DNA from: Trichoplax adhaerens
Taxonomy: Eukaryota; Animalia; Placozoa
Direction: 5' to 3'
DNA: 31,394 nucleotides
Assembly (NCBI RefSeq): GCF_000150275.1
Contig: NW_002061014.1
Location: 2,263-33,656, forward strand
In this document: one piece after another, positions 11,282 through 24,376 of the stretch
Layout of the letters: each line of letters starts with the position of its first letter
Position numbering within the stretch: the first letter of the stretch is position 1
Translations under genes and position numbers: made by a program
The notes under the pieces: model-generated
What the model saw: only the letters and a program-made list of their open reading frames with translations
Database searches by the model: none
Told to the model about the DNA's origin: nothing

Positions 11282-12242
11282 TTATTTAGTTGAATATTAT
11301 AGCACTTCTTAAACAAGAGCAAAAATTTTCTGTCTGATGTCATGATCATACTTTAATAGGATCAATGGATTCAGAATAAGAGTCGATAGAGTTATCATCT
11401 CACCTAAATAGATAAAAATATACAAAATGTTGCTTTGTAGTGCGACTTAATGAAGAGATTTTCTGGTTATTGCAGTCCCGATAGTGATAGCAAATTGTGG
11501 CCAAGTGATTAGAATGGTAAGAAGCGTGATTTTAATTACAACTTTCGTAAATTTCTTTTGCATAAATTCAATCTCAATCTAATTGGATACCGTATTACCA
11601 GGCAGAATCTGGTTCTTATGAATACTGGATAGTCTAGTATAAACAATAAGCACGATAATAATCGGGATAATGTACATGATTACAACGAGCATAATATTCC
11701 ATACTGCTTCTGCATGAGTAACATGTGGAAAATCGAATGAAGTTGTCGAGTCAGAATAGGATGAAAGAAAGAATAAGAAGGGCAGTGATGTTGATAATGA
11801 TATAGCGCAAAGGAAAAACTCACTTAAAATGAGAAATATAAATTTATACTTTTGATAAAATGATGACAACGGCCTTCCAACAGCAAAATAGCGATCAATA
11901 CTAATTAGCGCTAAATTTATGATGGAGATTCCAAATGACGAAAAGGCAATAAATAAATAATATTATTCGACATACTATGATACCTTGGAGATAATTAAGT
12001 CCACCTAAAGCTAGATGGACATAAACAGCTAAAGATGCAATCGACAAGACGATATCGGATAGAACTGAAATAAAGAATAAACGATAGCTTGATTTTTTAT
12101 AGTGCTTCATTATGGCTAAAAGATAACCTAGTGATATATTGAGGAAAAGACCTATGCAAGAGACTGGAACACCAAATATAATTCCATACTGATGTAGCTG
12201 TATTCCTATCCTAGGACGATCAATAGTAATATTATTATTCAT
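11282..12242 (-). pseudogene. GPCR pseudogene (copy 2)
   Basis: Start MNNNITI at 12242 by homology. ORFs 11901-12287 and 11579-11869 are consecutive pieces of the receptor separated by a frameshift near 11950. In-frame stops at 11579-11581 (SN*IEIE), ~11448 (SLH*VAL) and ~11310. Retains ISIDRYF, TWPQF and LNPLILLKYD. The 3' end is approximate. Confidence 0.9.
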
Positions 12243-12530
12243 ATCTCCAATTAAGAATAGCTTGAAAAATTGGATAATATTGAGCACAAAGTAAATGACT
12301 TACAATATTTCTTTATCATACAGAATACGTTAATAGTTCAGTAGAAATGTCTTAAATCTAAGACCGAATAACATGAGTTTTAGATAATACCAAAGATGGT
12401 TATGAATATATCAACTTCTTTACATTTACTGAACTACACTTGAAATTTTAAACAAAAATTTCTAATAAATCTACTGAGTGACAAATGCAAATTAGTATAC
12501 AATTTTTGTCTAGTTAGGATACGAAATACA

Positions 12531-12898
12531 GTAGCTATGACAACTTTATTAAAGCCAACTCTAAAGTTCTACAATCGAATAAGCCATATGAAAATCCTCT
12601 ACGAAAACTTACGACTTCAATTTTTTGTTTTCAGAAATAGCTGCAACTACGCTCAAATAAGCGGTAGCTATGGCAACTTTATTGAAAGCTAGCTTGACAT
12701 ACTACAATCAAATAAGCCATGAGAAAAAATTCTATTAAGAGAGAATAATTTTTATTTTATGCTATCAGAAGTAGCTGTAATTACTGTCGAATATAGCTAG
12801 ATTTAGATTCTGCAATCAAGTAAGTCATACGAAAATATTATATTAAAAAAGAACTGATTCCATTTTTATAATTTTAGAAATAGCTGTAATTGTTGTCA
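12531..12898. repeat. Degenerate tandem repeat, 3 units (~107-133 bp), upstream of copy 2
   Basis: Anchor ct[a/g]caatc.a.taag.cat at ~12569, 12702 and 12809; each unit ends with agaa.tagctg.aa. Confidence 0.85.
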
Positions 12899-13466
12899 TA
12901 TCGATTGAAAAGCTGGAAAGTTACAAACATTAGCAATTCATTAAGCTAAAAAGGGGCTTACTTTTCCTTAATTCGATTGTGAAGTATAAAGTTTTAGAAT
13001 ATTACCATATTACGGTTTTGCGTTACCAGTTAAGTAATCATTGATTAGTGAATAATGAATATCATAGAGTAGTCTAGATAAAGTCATATGCTATATTTAG
13101 TTTGCTAACCTTGTAATTAATGCTTTAATAGTGGAATTGTGATATAAAAATGTAAACTATTACGAGTTAATTTACTGTAAATTGAAAAGCGTGCTAAGCT
13201 CTAATAGTATAATCGAACCCTATATGGACGAAAGGATGAGTGTCTCAACACTTTAAATCCCAGAAAATCTTCATACTACTATCTATTTAGTAATTGTAAT
13301 ATGTCTATTAATGTAACTTGTAAAATATGTATTCAGGATATTTAATACTACAATTTACTGTAGAAACCTATTTAAGCGCATGTGGTTAGAAAATGAAAGT
13401 AGTAATTGCTTAAGAAGCGTTCCGGAGTCGTAACATCAAGGAAAGTGTTGTAATTAATCAGTTATC

Positions 13467-13737
13467 TGTGAAGTATAGCCGAGAAATTGAGTTCTCGTAT
13501 ATCGCTCGCATAGAGACTGGAAAATACTGGAGAAGTAGCCTTGACTATTGAACCTTTACTAGGATTCTTCATGAAATCTTTGCCACAAGTGAAGGTTGTG
13601 ATATACCACTGCTTTTATTAATAAGGTAAAAGAATTAGGGTATATCAGAGTTAATAATGAAATAATTAAGCCCAAGACTGACAGCATACTGGTATTTAAA
13701 CTTCGGATGATCCTAGACAGATCGTCATGATATCACA
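13467..13737 (-). mobile_element. Possible LTR remnant, boundaries uncertain
   Basis: TGTGA...TCACA, minus-strand AATAAA near 13616 and TTTAAATA near 13695. No TSD and no second copy seen. Confidence 0.3.
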
Positions 13738-16054
13738 CATATAGGAGGACAAAATCATCACTATTCTTCATACTGTCTCTGTTTTTGCTTGACCTTTCGC
13801 ATATATTGAAATCTAGATAAAGTTTCTTGTCCTTGTGCCATACTAGATAATGTTGTTGTAAATTCAACAATAAGATTAAAAATCACGTATTCAGGTCTAA
13901 AATACTCGTATATCTTACTCACTGCAAAGTATAGAAATAGTATTAATAATGATTGATAACCTGTTAAATAGAATTTGCGTACATTACTACCAGCCATATT
14001 TTTATATCTTATTACTTACTATAAAGTGTACGCTGTCATTATTGATGCGTCATGAACAAGATGTAATAATCTCTGATCGAAATCTTCAACAGAAATTGCT
14101 AAATAAAAGCATTCTTCATTTGCAGTCTGATTATATAATTACCAGTATAACATATACGAGTTATCGTTATATCAACCTCATAAGAAAAGATAAACTTAAT
14201 GTAATTAATTTTAAAATTAAATGTTTTATTCACTCTATATCAAGACATGTATCATCATCCATTAATCAAACTCGCTAGATGATGCGCTCATGGTACCTTT
14301 ACATTCGATATCATAATAATTTTATGTAAAAACAAGGAAATGACAATTAACCATCCAATAAACGGGATAGAGGGTGGTCATTAATTTAAATTACAATTTT
14401 ATAATATTTAAATGTTGGCATTTTATAATCGTATAGTTTAATTATTCTTTCTTGGTGATCTAAGTCACTGTTGTTATGTTGAGGAAATCAGTTCAGAAAT
14501 GAGATAACGATGAATGAATACAACTTTAGCGATTGTTAAACGAGATAGTATCGTAAAGCATAAACTAACTATTTATAAACATAAATGCAGCACCCATTTA
14601 GTAATAAGTTGCAATGCCACTACGGTTTACACTTGAAAAAAAATAAACTCTTTACAATCGCTAAAAGCGTCAGTTTTTATTCCCGATATTTTCAATTTTT
14701 ATATATATATAATATTGACATTTGATTCTACACTAGTAGCTACTTTTACCAAATTTAAGCTAGGAGGTAGAAAATAAATGATTGTATATTATAATTGGGA
14801 TATTTATAAATAACTATCTTTGTGTAAGTATCATAAACTGTAACTTCCTTTAGAGAGTTGTATTAAATGCTGAAAAGCGTTTAATCACTAATGGCGATAC
14901 ATAGTTTTCCCACTCATGTATTTTATTATATTTAGTAAAGCAGAGTTTAGAGAGAGATACCGCATCGATGTGAAAATTATGAGAATTTTTGAGTTTAATT
15001 TGAATCGAATCTATTTCCTAAGTATTATTGTAAAGTTTAATTCTTTGCTAATTCAGCAACCAAATCTCTCATTACTCTATTCAGCATGTGAAACACGAGT
15101 AGTGTAAGTGTAATCACTTTCACCCGAAAGTTACTAATTTCTTGGAGGATATTCTAACGATGCTTAATGCTCATTTATTAATACTAATGCAGAGTGTCTA
15201 TCATAAAATCTTTTAACAGTGAATAAGCAAATGTTCTTAGAAAAAATACGGCATGTTTCACGGCTATGTACGATTAAAATCATTCCATTACAGATAATTA
15301 AAATATAGATTTAGTTAAATCAAGTCTTAGCTACTAGATCTTTCATTACCATACATGTCTAACATGTAGAATACCAGTAGATAAGCACAATTATATATTT
15401 ACGTGAAAATCTCTAATTTCCTCGAAGATATTGTAACGATACCTATTGCTTATATATTAATACTAATGTTTAGCGATGAAACTTATTCTTTCTCAAGTTT
15501 AATACTTGGCGTATACATGGAATGCATATATGTAATGAAAATATATTCTTTTCTCAAGTATTCAAAGGGAGGATTTCAATTGCTTTGCTATCAGAAACTA
15601 TTAATCCAAAGTGGATACAGTTTTCTAATCAAAATGACAAGAACAATCTCTCAATAGACTATTTCCAATTCAGTAGCCGACACTACGATTTTTGACGTAA
15701 GCTAACTTATCTAAAGCTTAAAATAATCTGCATGCCCAAAAAAATAACTGCCAGTTTACGCTAGGGTAAACTATAAGCTATCCTAACAATCTAACTTGCA
15801 GAATGATGATCGTTATTTCGACAGAAATCAATTTTTGCTATGCAATACCATCGTTCTACACTCTTGCATTGATTAAATTAAATATACCACGTTAATTCAT
15901 AATTCACTTCATAACAGTATTATATTTTACTGTGATATCTAACTATTTGGATACCGTTGTAGCGAGTCCGAATCTTGCTTATACCGATAGTAATGCACAC
16001 TATGCCTAACGATAATTATATAATCAGTTTTGATTATAGATTACAACTAATCTT

Positions 16055-17002
16055 TTAACATAAGTACTTTTGCAACAAAGATATAAGCTTTTGCCTAACA
16101 TTATGATCGAATTTTAATAAGATGAACGGATTGACAACAAATATAGATATAGTTATCGATATAGCAATATATACTAAAGCATATAGAATATTACTTTCCA
16201 ACGAGATTTGATAGATTGTTTTTCGAGTTACAGCGGTTCCAATTAAGCAAGCAAAATGTGGCCAACTGATGAGCACGGTCGAAAATGTTATGCTCATTAA
16301 AACTTTAGTAAATCGTTTCTTTTGCATAATTTCTGTTTCTGCTCGATTGGGTGTTGTATAGCCTGGTCTGACATGATTCCTATAGATTGCAGCCAACTTG
16401 ATATAAATAGTTATCATAATTGAAACTGGGATGATGTACATGATCAATGTAAACATAAATTCCCATATAGCGAGATTATGAATAATATTTGAAATATCAC
16501 ATAAAGTCGATGAATTAGGATGAGCAGAAGCGTATACCAAGATAGGCGATGATGTTAATATCGATGCTACATGAAGAAATAGTTCACATGCAATAAGAAA
16601 TTGAATCTTATACTTTCGATAAAACGATGATAATGATCTCGCCACAATGAAATAACGATGAACGCTAATTAATGATAAATTCATGATGGAGATCCCAAAT
16701 GACATCAGAGTAATATATAAAATTATTTTACACAGTATAGTGCCTAGATGATAACTTACATTACCGATAGCTATAAGAAGATAGCCAATAAAAGCTGCAG
16801 TAGACGAAAGAACATCAGATAGTACTGAAGCAAGTATTAATCGATAAGTAGATTTTTTAAAATATTTATCTGTTAGTAATAGATATGCAATAGATGCATT
16901 AAGAATTAGACCAAAAAAACATACTGGGATACCAAAAATAGCGACATAGCGGTGTATTTGTAAGTTGGATTGAGAAGTAATAGTAATATTGGTGTTGTTC
17001 AT
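16055..17002 (-). CDS. Class A orphan GPCR, 315 aa, intact (copy 3)
   Basis: Full ORF with GLILN, VLSD, ILCK, ISVHRYF, TLCD, YIIP, SWP and VNPFILLKFD; N-terminal sequons NNT/NIT. Confidence 0.93.
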   Translation of the reverse strand: MNNTNITITSQSNLQIHRYVAIFGIPVCFFGLILNASIAYLLLTDKYFKKSTYRLILASVLSDVLSSTAAFIGYLLIAIGNVSYHLGTILCKIILYITLMSFGISIMNLSLISVHRYFIVARSLSSFYRKYKIQFLIACELFLHVASILTSSPILVYASAHPNSSTLCDISNIIHNLAIWEFMFTLIMYIIPVSIMITIYIKLAAIYRNHVRPGYTTPNRAETEIMQKKRFTKVLMSITFSTVLISWPHFACLIGTAVTRKTIYQISLESNILYALVYIAISITISIFVVNPFILLKFDHNVRQKLISLLQKYLC

Positions 17003-17146
17003 ATTTCAAATTATAAGTGATTTAAAAATTCGTACCATCAAAACTTTTACCAAATACAGAATGTAGCTTGAAATCTTGTAACTGTATTATGAAACACAAA
17101 GGTATCTGGTAGATCCAGTTAAATTGCGAAGCTAAAGGTAGCAGCA

Positions 17147-17310
17147 ATTAGGAATCTATAAGTTTTGCGTAATATAACTGATCAAAAAATACTCAATGTC
17201 TAAAAAGTACGAACCTAAACGTCGTAGCAATTGGGTTTTTATAAATTTTATGAAATGTGCGTGATTAGAGACTACTCACTGTCTTAAAATATACATTTAA
17301 ATGTAGAAGA
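17147..17310. repeat. Two copies of the ~82-bp upstream repeat, 5' of copy 3
   Basis: Units start aattagg (~17147) and aattggg (~17229) and include tact.a.tgtct.aaa and gaacctaaacgt.gtagc; homologous to 21170-21400. Confidence 0.75.
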
Positions 17311-17879
17311 AGTCGGACAACTACAATTTTATTTTCAATATTCGACTTTATCGTGATCGTGAATAAATGATTTAATATCTTGATTTGCTTAAGAATACAA
17401 TCATCTAACATACTGGTTCTTATTAATTTTTAATGTGAATAATTTAAGGCTGTTAAATTAAGATAGTAATAGATTTGCGCTACAAGTAAAGCAAAATTGT
17501 AAGTTTAATTATATTAGGTGATCATTCATGTTTAATAATCATTATAAACTTTAACTACAGGAATTCTCTTTTGTTAAATTAATTACGAAATCTTGCCTTT
17601 CCTTCAAAGGAATTACTTTCTAATTGTGAAAGCAGTGTAGTTTCAATGAAACAAAATTTATAATTATGTTAAAGATTTAATGATGAGTTAGAATATGCAA
17701 TCACTTTGAAGGGTATTATTGCACCTTCTGTAGTATGTTAGAAATTTACAACAGCAACATTAGAGCTAGATTGATTAAAAAATAAAGAGTATTGTTATAT
17801 TTTATTATACACAGGTCAAGTGCCTATCTAAAATTTAATTAAAATTTAATTATTTTTTAGATAGTGTAGAGTTGCCATG

Positions 17880-18250
17880 TGTGACGGAGCTCGCTCCGAA
17901 ATGAATAATATTTTGATCTAACATATGTAATAATGTTATTATCATACAAACTTTAGTACAGTTTAAACTTGTTAGAAAAGTCTTGTTTTGCACTAGCGAC
18001 TGGATGTAGGCTATATAAGATAACATAATTCATTTTTAGCAGGAGTTCGATGTAAGCCGTGTGGGATACGTTTTTAATACCTTATACTAATAATAAAGAG
18101 TATAGTAACCCCATCTTTACTTGGCGATTCACTGAAGGATAATTAAGGACAAGTTAGGTTCCTAATACTATAGCCGTCCATAGTCAGTTGGAGGACCTTC
18201 TAAAGTGAAAGTAAAGCTTGGGAATCGTTCACAATCCAAATTTTGTGACA
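17880..18250 (+). mobile_element. Solo LTR (371 bp) with 5-bp TSD CCATG
   Basis: CCATG|TGTGAC...GTGACA|CCATG, with CTATATAAG at 18011 and AATAAA near 18092. Absent from the paralogous site near 21855. Confidence 0.92.
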
Positions 18251-20147
18251 CCATGTAGTCGTATTGTCCATTTGACAAAACTATCATTAATTATAATACT
18301 AAATAATTATTTTAAATTTCTTCCTATCGATTTTTTTTGCATATAATGCAATATTCAATTAACCTATTAAAGAATATTATGAGGAATAAGGATTAAGCCG
18401 ACCCATGCCAAATCAGTAGTAAGAAAATTTTATCCTTAGTATATTATAATATTAAATTTTGTCTATAACAAGATGGCAATTGGTGCTATCTTCGTTTATG
18501 GTCTATGATATAGAACGGATTCCCTCCGCTCTGCTCTAAATAAAAATATTTCAACAAACACTCATTTTATGTACGATAGTATGATATTATCTAGACGGCA
18601 ATCAGATTATAATACTTAAAGCTGAAAAAAGAATTTTACGTTAGATTTCGGATTACTGCTCATGTAACGTATACTAATCAAATTAGATAGCTGTAATATT
18701 GATGAATAGATAATTATTATACCAGAAAATATTAAGGATAAATTAATTTATTTAAATTTTAGATTATAACATATCTTTTCGATCTAATATCATAAAATTA
18801 TATTAGCAAATATGCTTTTCTCTCTGACACTGATTCTAAAGATCTGCTGCTTTATTATAAATGTCTGATTAGTTTTGAGAATATTGTTCTTGCTATAAGT
18901 ATCTCGTTAAACGCATGCATGGTTAAATACTGAACCTGCATGATGTTAAGAATATTTGCAGTACTGAATAAATTCTTTGTGACTTTAACTTAAAGCACGA
19001 AATTTATCAATAAGTAAAGTAATTTTAATAATTAAGAAAAATGAAGATTTTTAAACGATAGTGCCTCGTTCAATATTATGCAGACAATGATAAACAAAAC
19101 TATTTAATAAAATATATTCCTATTAGGATATTTTAATTTATCAATAGATATTTAAACATCAAAACATCAGGCTATAGTTGAGAAAGTGATGTCAAATATA
19201 GCCGAAATTCATATCGAGATATAAATAATGTCTTCAAATAATTATCGTTTACCTACAGTCATAGGGCATTGATATATCGAGGAAAAGACTAATAGTTACG
19301 ACTAGAGTATCATTTATGGAAAAAAATTGTTGTAGCTGTTTCTCTACTCAGCGATGGCAGATGGTTATTTCAGTATTGTTTATATGTCATGGAATAGACT
19401 AACAGATAATGATATGAAATGCTATAGATAAACATGTATTTTACTTAACCGAAAGATTGCCCTATTATTGTGCGAGCTACATAGCAAAATTGAATAATAA
19501 AATTTTAATGTTTATTTTGTTTCTGTTCTAAATAATCGCGAAAAATTACGTATTCATATTCTATTTATATTGCTCCGTCTTGAATTCTTCAAAATCAAAA
19601 ATGAACGTTTGCAATTTTGTCATTAAAAGTGATTTCGAAAGCTAACAAAAGTTGAACTATTGAATTTAGATAGCGTCGAAACATTAAAAGCTTGTTAAGT
19701 ATGAATATTTAAATATCACAAATTAGTCTCATAATTAAAATATTTAAAATTTATTACAAAAGTCAATCGAAAGGTCGAAATAATGACAAAATACCGGATA
19801 TCGAAGAAGGCAGCATGTTTCGCACATTCGAGAAATAGAAAATTGGTAACAGATAATAATCATAGTGAATACGTAAGTGGGATAATCAAAAATCTGCAAT
19901 ATGTTAAAAATCGGCCATAAGAGCATTCATAAGTCATATAAATTTCTGTGATACTCAATAATCTGCACTTCGATATTCGTTTATCTTTCCAATTCATAAT
20001 CCTTAATAATAATCTAATATTTTACTGTGATATCGAATAATAATGTAATAGATTGATATAGCAGACCAAAATATTCAATGATTACGCTGATAGCAATGCA
20101 AGCTAAACACGATGGATAGCCAATTCCGGTTACAGACCGGAACTAAC

Positions 20148-20943
20148 TTATTTACATAAACGCTTTTCCCACAAAGTGCAAAACTTTTGCCTAATATTAT
20201 AATCGAATTTAAGCAAGAGGAATTGATTGACTATAAATATGGATGGAGTTATGCCTAAAGCAAAATATACTAAAACATACAAAGAATGACTTTCTAACGA
20301 GATTTGATACATTTTCTTTTGAGTTACGGCAATGCTGATCATGGTAGCAAATAGTAGCTTAGTGAATAATACATTCGAAAATATCGTACTTCTTAGAACT
20401 TTAGTAAGTCGTTTCTTTTGTAAGATTTCTGTTTCTGCTTAGCTGGACGTTATTTAACCGGGTCTGACATAATTCTTGTGGATCATAACTAATTTACTAT
20501 AAATAGCGATAATATTGAAACTGAAATGGTGTACGTGATAAATATAAACATGAATTTCCATACTGCTACATCATATGTGATTTTTAAATAATCATATAAA
20601 GTCGTCGAATTAATGATGAATTCATGATGGAGATCCCAAATGACATCAGTGTAATAAATAAAATTATTTTACATAGTATAGTGCCTAAATGATAACTTGC
20701 GTTATTGATAGCTACAAATGAATAGCCAATAAAGGCTGCAGAAGATGAAAGAATATCTGATAGTACAGAAGAAAGCATCAACCGATAAGTAGGTTTTTTA
20801 AAACTTTTGTCTGTTGCCAAAAGATGGACCATGGATGTATTAAGAATTAGACCTACCAAAGACACTGGAATACCACACATAGCGGCATTGCGGTATATTT
20901 TTAAGTTGGATTGAGGAGTAACAGTAATATTTGTGTTATTCAT
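20148..20943 (-). pseudogene. GPCR pseudogene (copy 4) with ~154-bp internal deletion
   Basis: The 5' part (ORF 20584-20943) and 3' part (ORF 20148-20342) match copy 3. The segment from the end of TM3 through TM4 is deleted at ~20608-20612. There is a further 1-bp deletion near 20513 and two stops (RPG*ITSS*AE) at ~20438-20457. Confidence 0.92.
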
Positions 20944-21169
20944 ATTTCAAGATTTAAGAGGTTTAAAAATTTTATACTATCAAAATTTTTAACCAAATAT
21001 AGAAAATATCTTAAAATCTTGGCACTGTATTGTCTTGTTATAGTAGATTATGAAACATAAAGGTCCCTAGTATTTGTACTTAATGGTTAAGGCCTCGACT
21101 GATAGGCTACCAGCTAGTTTTAAGTAATAAAGTACTGTGATTCAGTGGTTTGTAGTAACGTATCCAGAG

Positions 21170-21400
21170 ATTAGGCGTTTATAAGCTTTGCGAAATATAA
21201 GTAGTCAAAGACTACTTACCGTCTAAAAATATGAACCTAAACGTAGTAGCGATTAGGCATTTATAAACTTTGCGTAATGCAATTGATCGAAGACTACTTA
21301 ATATCCTAAAGCACGAACCTAAAAGTAGTAGCGAGTAGGCGTTTACAAGCTTCACGGAATATAAGTAATCAAGAACTACTATTTTGAAATACAAATCTAA
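21170..21400. repeat. About three copies of the 82-bp tandem repeat upstream of copy 4
   Basis: a[t/g]taggc.ttta.aa.ctt at 21170, 21252 and 21334; gactactta and gaacctaaa.gtagtagcga recur. Confidence 0.88.
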
Positions 21401-23263
21401 AATATTACAGTTTTATTTTAATGCTAGACCTTATCGTGATAGTAAAAAATGATTTAGCACCATGACATGCTTAAAAGCATAATCTTTATCTGGCATAGCG
21501 ATTCTTATTAATTTTTAAATATAATTAATTTAAGACTTTCTAATTAAGATTGTAATAGATTCGCTGCACAAGTAAAGCAAAATTTTAAGTGAAATTATAA
21601 TTGTGAAAACATCGTATTTTTAATTAAAAAAATTTATAATTAGATAAAGATTTAATGATGAGTTAGACTTCCTATTGATTTTTAGGGTATTATTGCACCT
21701 TTTATACCATATTAGAGATTTGCAAACTATATTAGAGCAAGATTGAGTAAAAATGTAACGAATATTGTTACATTCTTATTATTATTATTTACCCAAGTCA
21801 AGTGCTTGCCTAAAATTTAATCAAAATAAAATTATTTTAAACAATGTAGAGCCACCACATAATCTAATTTTCTATTGAAAAGGGTAATTCCATAATTAAT
21901 TATAGTACTTGATAATTACTGTACATTCCTGCCAATCGCTGTCTTGAAGCTAAAAATTAGTTTCAAATTGGAAAAAATTTATCAAATAAACTATTTAAAG
22001 CCGTTTTATTGCTTTCTTAAGCATAAATGTAATATTAAATTAAATAATCTAAGGAGAAATGGGGAGTAAGGGTCGAACCATCCCCATACCAAGTTACCCC
22101 CATACCAAGCTATTAGTAAGTAGAATTTTATCCTTTATACATTATGATATCTAATTTGAGTTTACCCTAAGATAGCAATTGCTATAAACTACGTCTGTTG
22201 GCTAAAATAAAAACGGATTTTCTTACCGCTACCCTAAAAAATTTTCCAATAAATAATCATACCACGTCATATGATATTACTTAGACTGCAATTAGATTAT
22301 AATACTATTACTGCAAAAAGAATTTTGCGCCAGATTTCAAATTATTATTGCTCGCATAGCGTATACTAATCAACTTAGATAGTCGTAATAATGATAAATA
22401 GATAATTATTATACTAGAAAATATTGAAGATAATTTAATTTTACGTAAATTTTATGTTGCAGTACATCGTTTCGAAGCAGTATCAAAAATTATATTGGCA
22501 AATGTGATTTCTCTATAACATCGATTTTAAAGATCTATTACTTTGCTATAAATGTCTGATTAACTTTTGAAAATATTGTTTTGCTACCAGTATATCATTA
22601 CACCCATACATGGTTAAATACTGAACTTGTAAGACGTTAAAAATATAATTTTGGATGAATTCTTTACGATTTTTGCGTAAAGCGTGAAATCAATCAATCA
22701 ATGACGTAGTTTGATAACTATAAAAATTAAGTCTGCTAAACGATAGTGCCCCATAAAATACTGTAAAAGTACTCGGTAATAAAAATATTTAATACTGCAT
22801 GTTACTATAAGGATTCTTTAATTCACTAGTAGATATTTGAATATCAAAAAGTAGGCTATAGTAGAGAAATGATATCGAATACAGCTGAAATCAATATCGA
22901 GAAATAATTAACGTCTTGAATTAACTATCAGTTACCTAAATCATTGGGTATTGATATATTGAGGAGAATGCCAATAAATACGACTAGAATATCAAATGTG
23001 CAAACAATTCGATGTAGCTGTTTCTCTACTCATTAATAACAGTGCAATGAAGGTTAATTTTTAGAATTCTCCTTCAAGATTTTTATTATTTTTTTTTAAA
23101 TACGAGTTTAAACCCGCCGACTTCGATGGCGAAAATATTCATAATGTGTAGTGGTATTAAATTGGTCGTAGCAAAAATTGAACTATCGAATGTAGATAGT
23201 GTCGAATTATCAAAAGCGTGCAAAGTTTGAATATTCAAATGCAGTAAATTAGTCATATAGTTA

Positions 23264-24261
23264 TTTAACGGCACTACGTTGCCTAAATTATAGAGTTTAA
23301 GAAAGTATTGTTGCTAACAGTGTTTCAGTGTTATAGTATAGGAAATGCTAAAATTTATTGTTCTTACAACTATAGGAATTAATATCCTATAGTAAGTCAA
23401 TATTACTCTTGCTTTATTCGAAAAATGAAAGCTATGAACATTATTTTTAATGTGATACATTTATTAGCAAATATGGCTTTGTTATTACGTACGCAATTTA
23501 ATTAAATAAGATTATTCTTTATAAATAAGTTGTATCTAATTACATCTTTTAGGTATGTCTAGTATTCCTTTGTTAAGATAAATGGTTGTTAATGAGTCTA
23601 TTTATTGGTTTAAATCACTTGATTGAGAGGGAAGAGTGAGTAGAGAGTTACTGAATAAAGCTGTTTTGTAGGTTATAGTAAAGTGTGTCTACTAGTTGTG
23701 AGCCTGTCGCGTTCAGCCCACGACAAGGAAACCTGGGTCTTTGAATCCGTACGAATACTTAGGCTACAACAGCCAAGTATGCCCCCAACGGGCTAAGTGT
23801 AGAATAGACTTAGGCTTTTAAAATAGTTTATTAAACCAAGGTAGTCTTGACATCCAAGACTACTCTAACTACAAGCGTACACTACACGGTCAATCGCCGA
23901 CTCTACAGCTAATGAGAACACCGGGCTTTATATACGCTAGCTCGGTTGCACTCGGTGCACAGCTTAGATAAATAACTCTAAAAACATATAGCTTATATAT
24001 AGCCGACTATCTATATGGTTTAGTATGTAAACGTTATTAATTAATAAAATCTTGATTACTAATTACTAAAATTAACGCTACAATTAATTGACGGAATCTG
24101 TACTCCATCACAGAGCCTTTTAGAAGGGTAGTTCTTAGGCGTTATAGGAGCAGTACTATATACTTACTAGATCTTTCGGTAGATTAGGGTAGTAACCTGT
24201 AGAAGTAACTCAAGGTGTTTTACGTTAGACTAGTAAACTTGTCAGGAAGTAGTCCGTGGCA
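23264..24261 (+). mobile_element. Older solo-LTR-like element (~585 bp net) hosting a nested LTR
   Basis: Absent at the paralogous site (~19735). Degenerate termini TTTAACGG...CCGTGGCA, near-TSD AGTTA/AATTA, TTTAAAT near 23608 and AATAAA near 23654. Confidence 0.7.
23705..24112 (-). mobile_element. Nested solo LTR (408 bp) with 5-bp TSD GAGCC
   Basis: GAGCC|TGTCGC...ATCACA|GAGCC, with minus-strand TATATAAAGCCCGG near 23930 and AATAAA near 23829. Confidence 0.9.
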
Positions 24262-24376
24262 AATTATAATATTTAAAATTTATCTCGACTGTACCGAATT
24301 CATAATCACTATAAATGCAAATTTCCATATTGGTTAAATTGAATAATTCATGATCCACACTAAAATATCACGTTAA

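Larger units (their letters stand above)
17003..19755. repeat. Intergenic segmental duplication, paralogous to 20944-24282
   Basis: Continuous collinear similarity: acaagtaaagcaaaatt, aaagatttaatgatgagttaga, gggtattattgcacctt, cgtatactaatcaa.ttagatag, ataaatgtctgatta, catggttaaatactgaac, tgtagctgtttctctactca. Confidence 0.92.

Noticed and set aside
12243-12287. 15-aa N-terminal extension of copy 2 in the ORF track
   Set aside because: It uses a non-ATG start from prokaryote-style ORF calling. Homology places the start at the ATG at 12242.
13761-14278. Overlapping 78-aa (-) and 109-aa (+) ORFs
   Set aside because: No recognisable motifs, composition typical of chance ORFs in AT-rich DNA, and no paralogous conservation.
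14916-15657. Short ORFs here and at 2863, 19744, 21212, 23086, 25718 and 27339
   Set aside because: They have no motifs, are not conserved as ORFs in paralogous spacers, and several overlap repeats. Treated as spurious.
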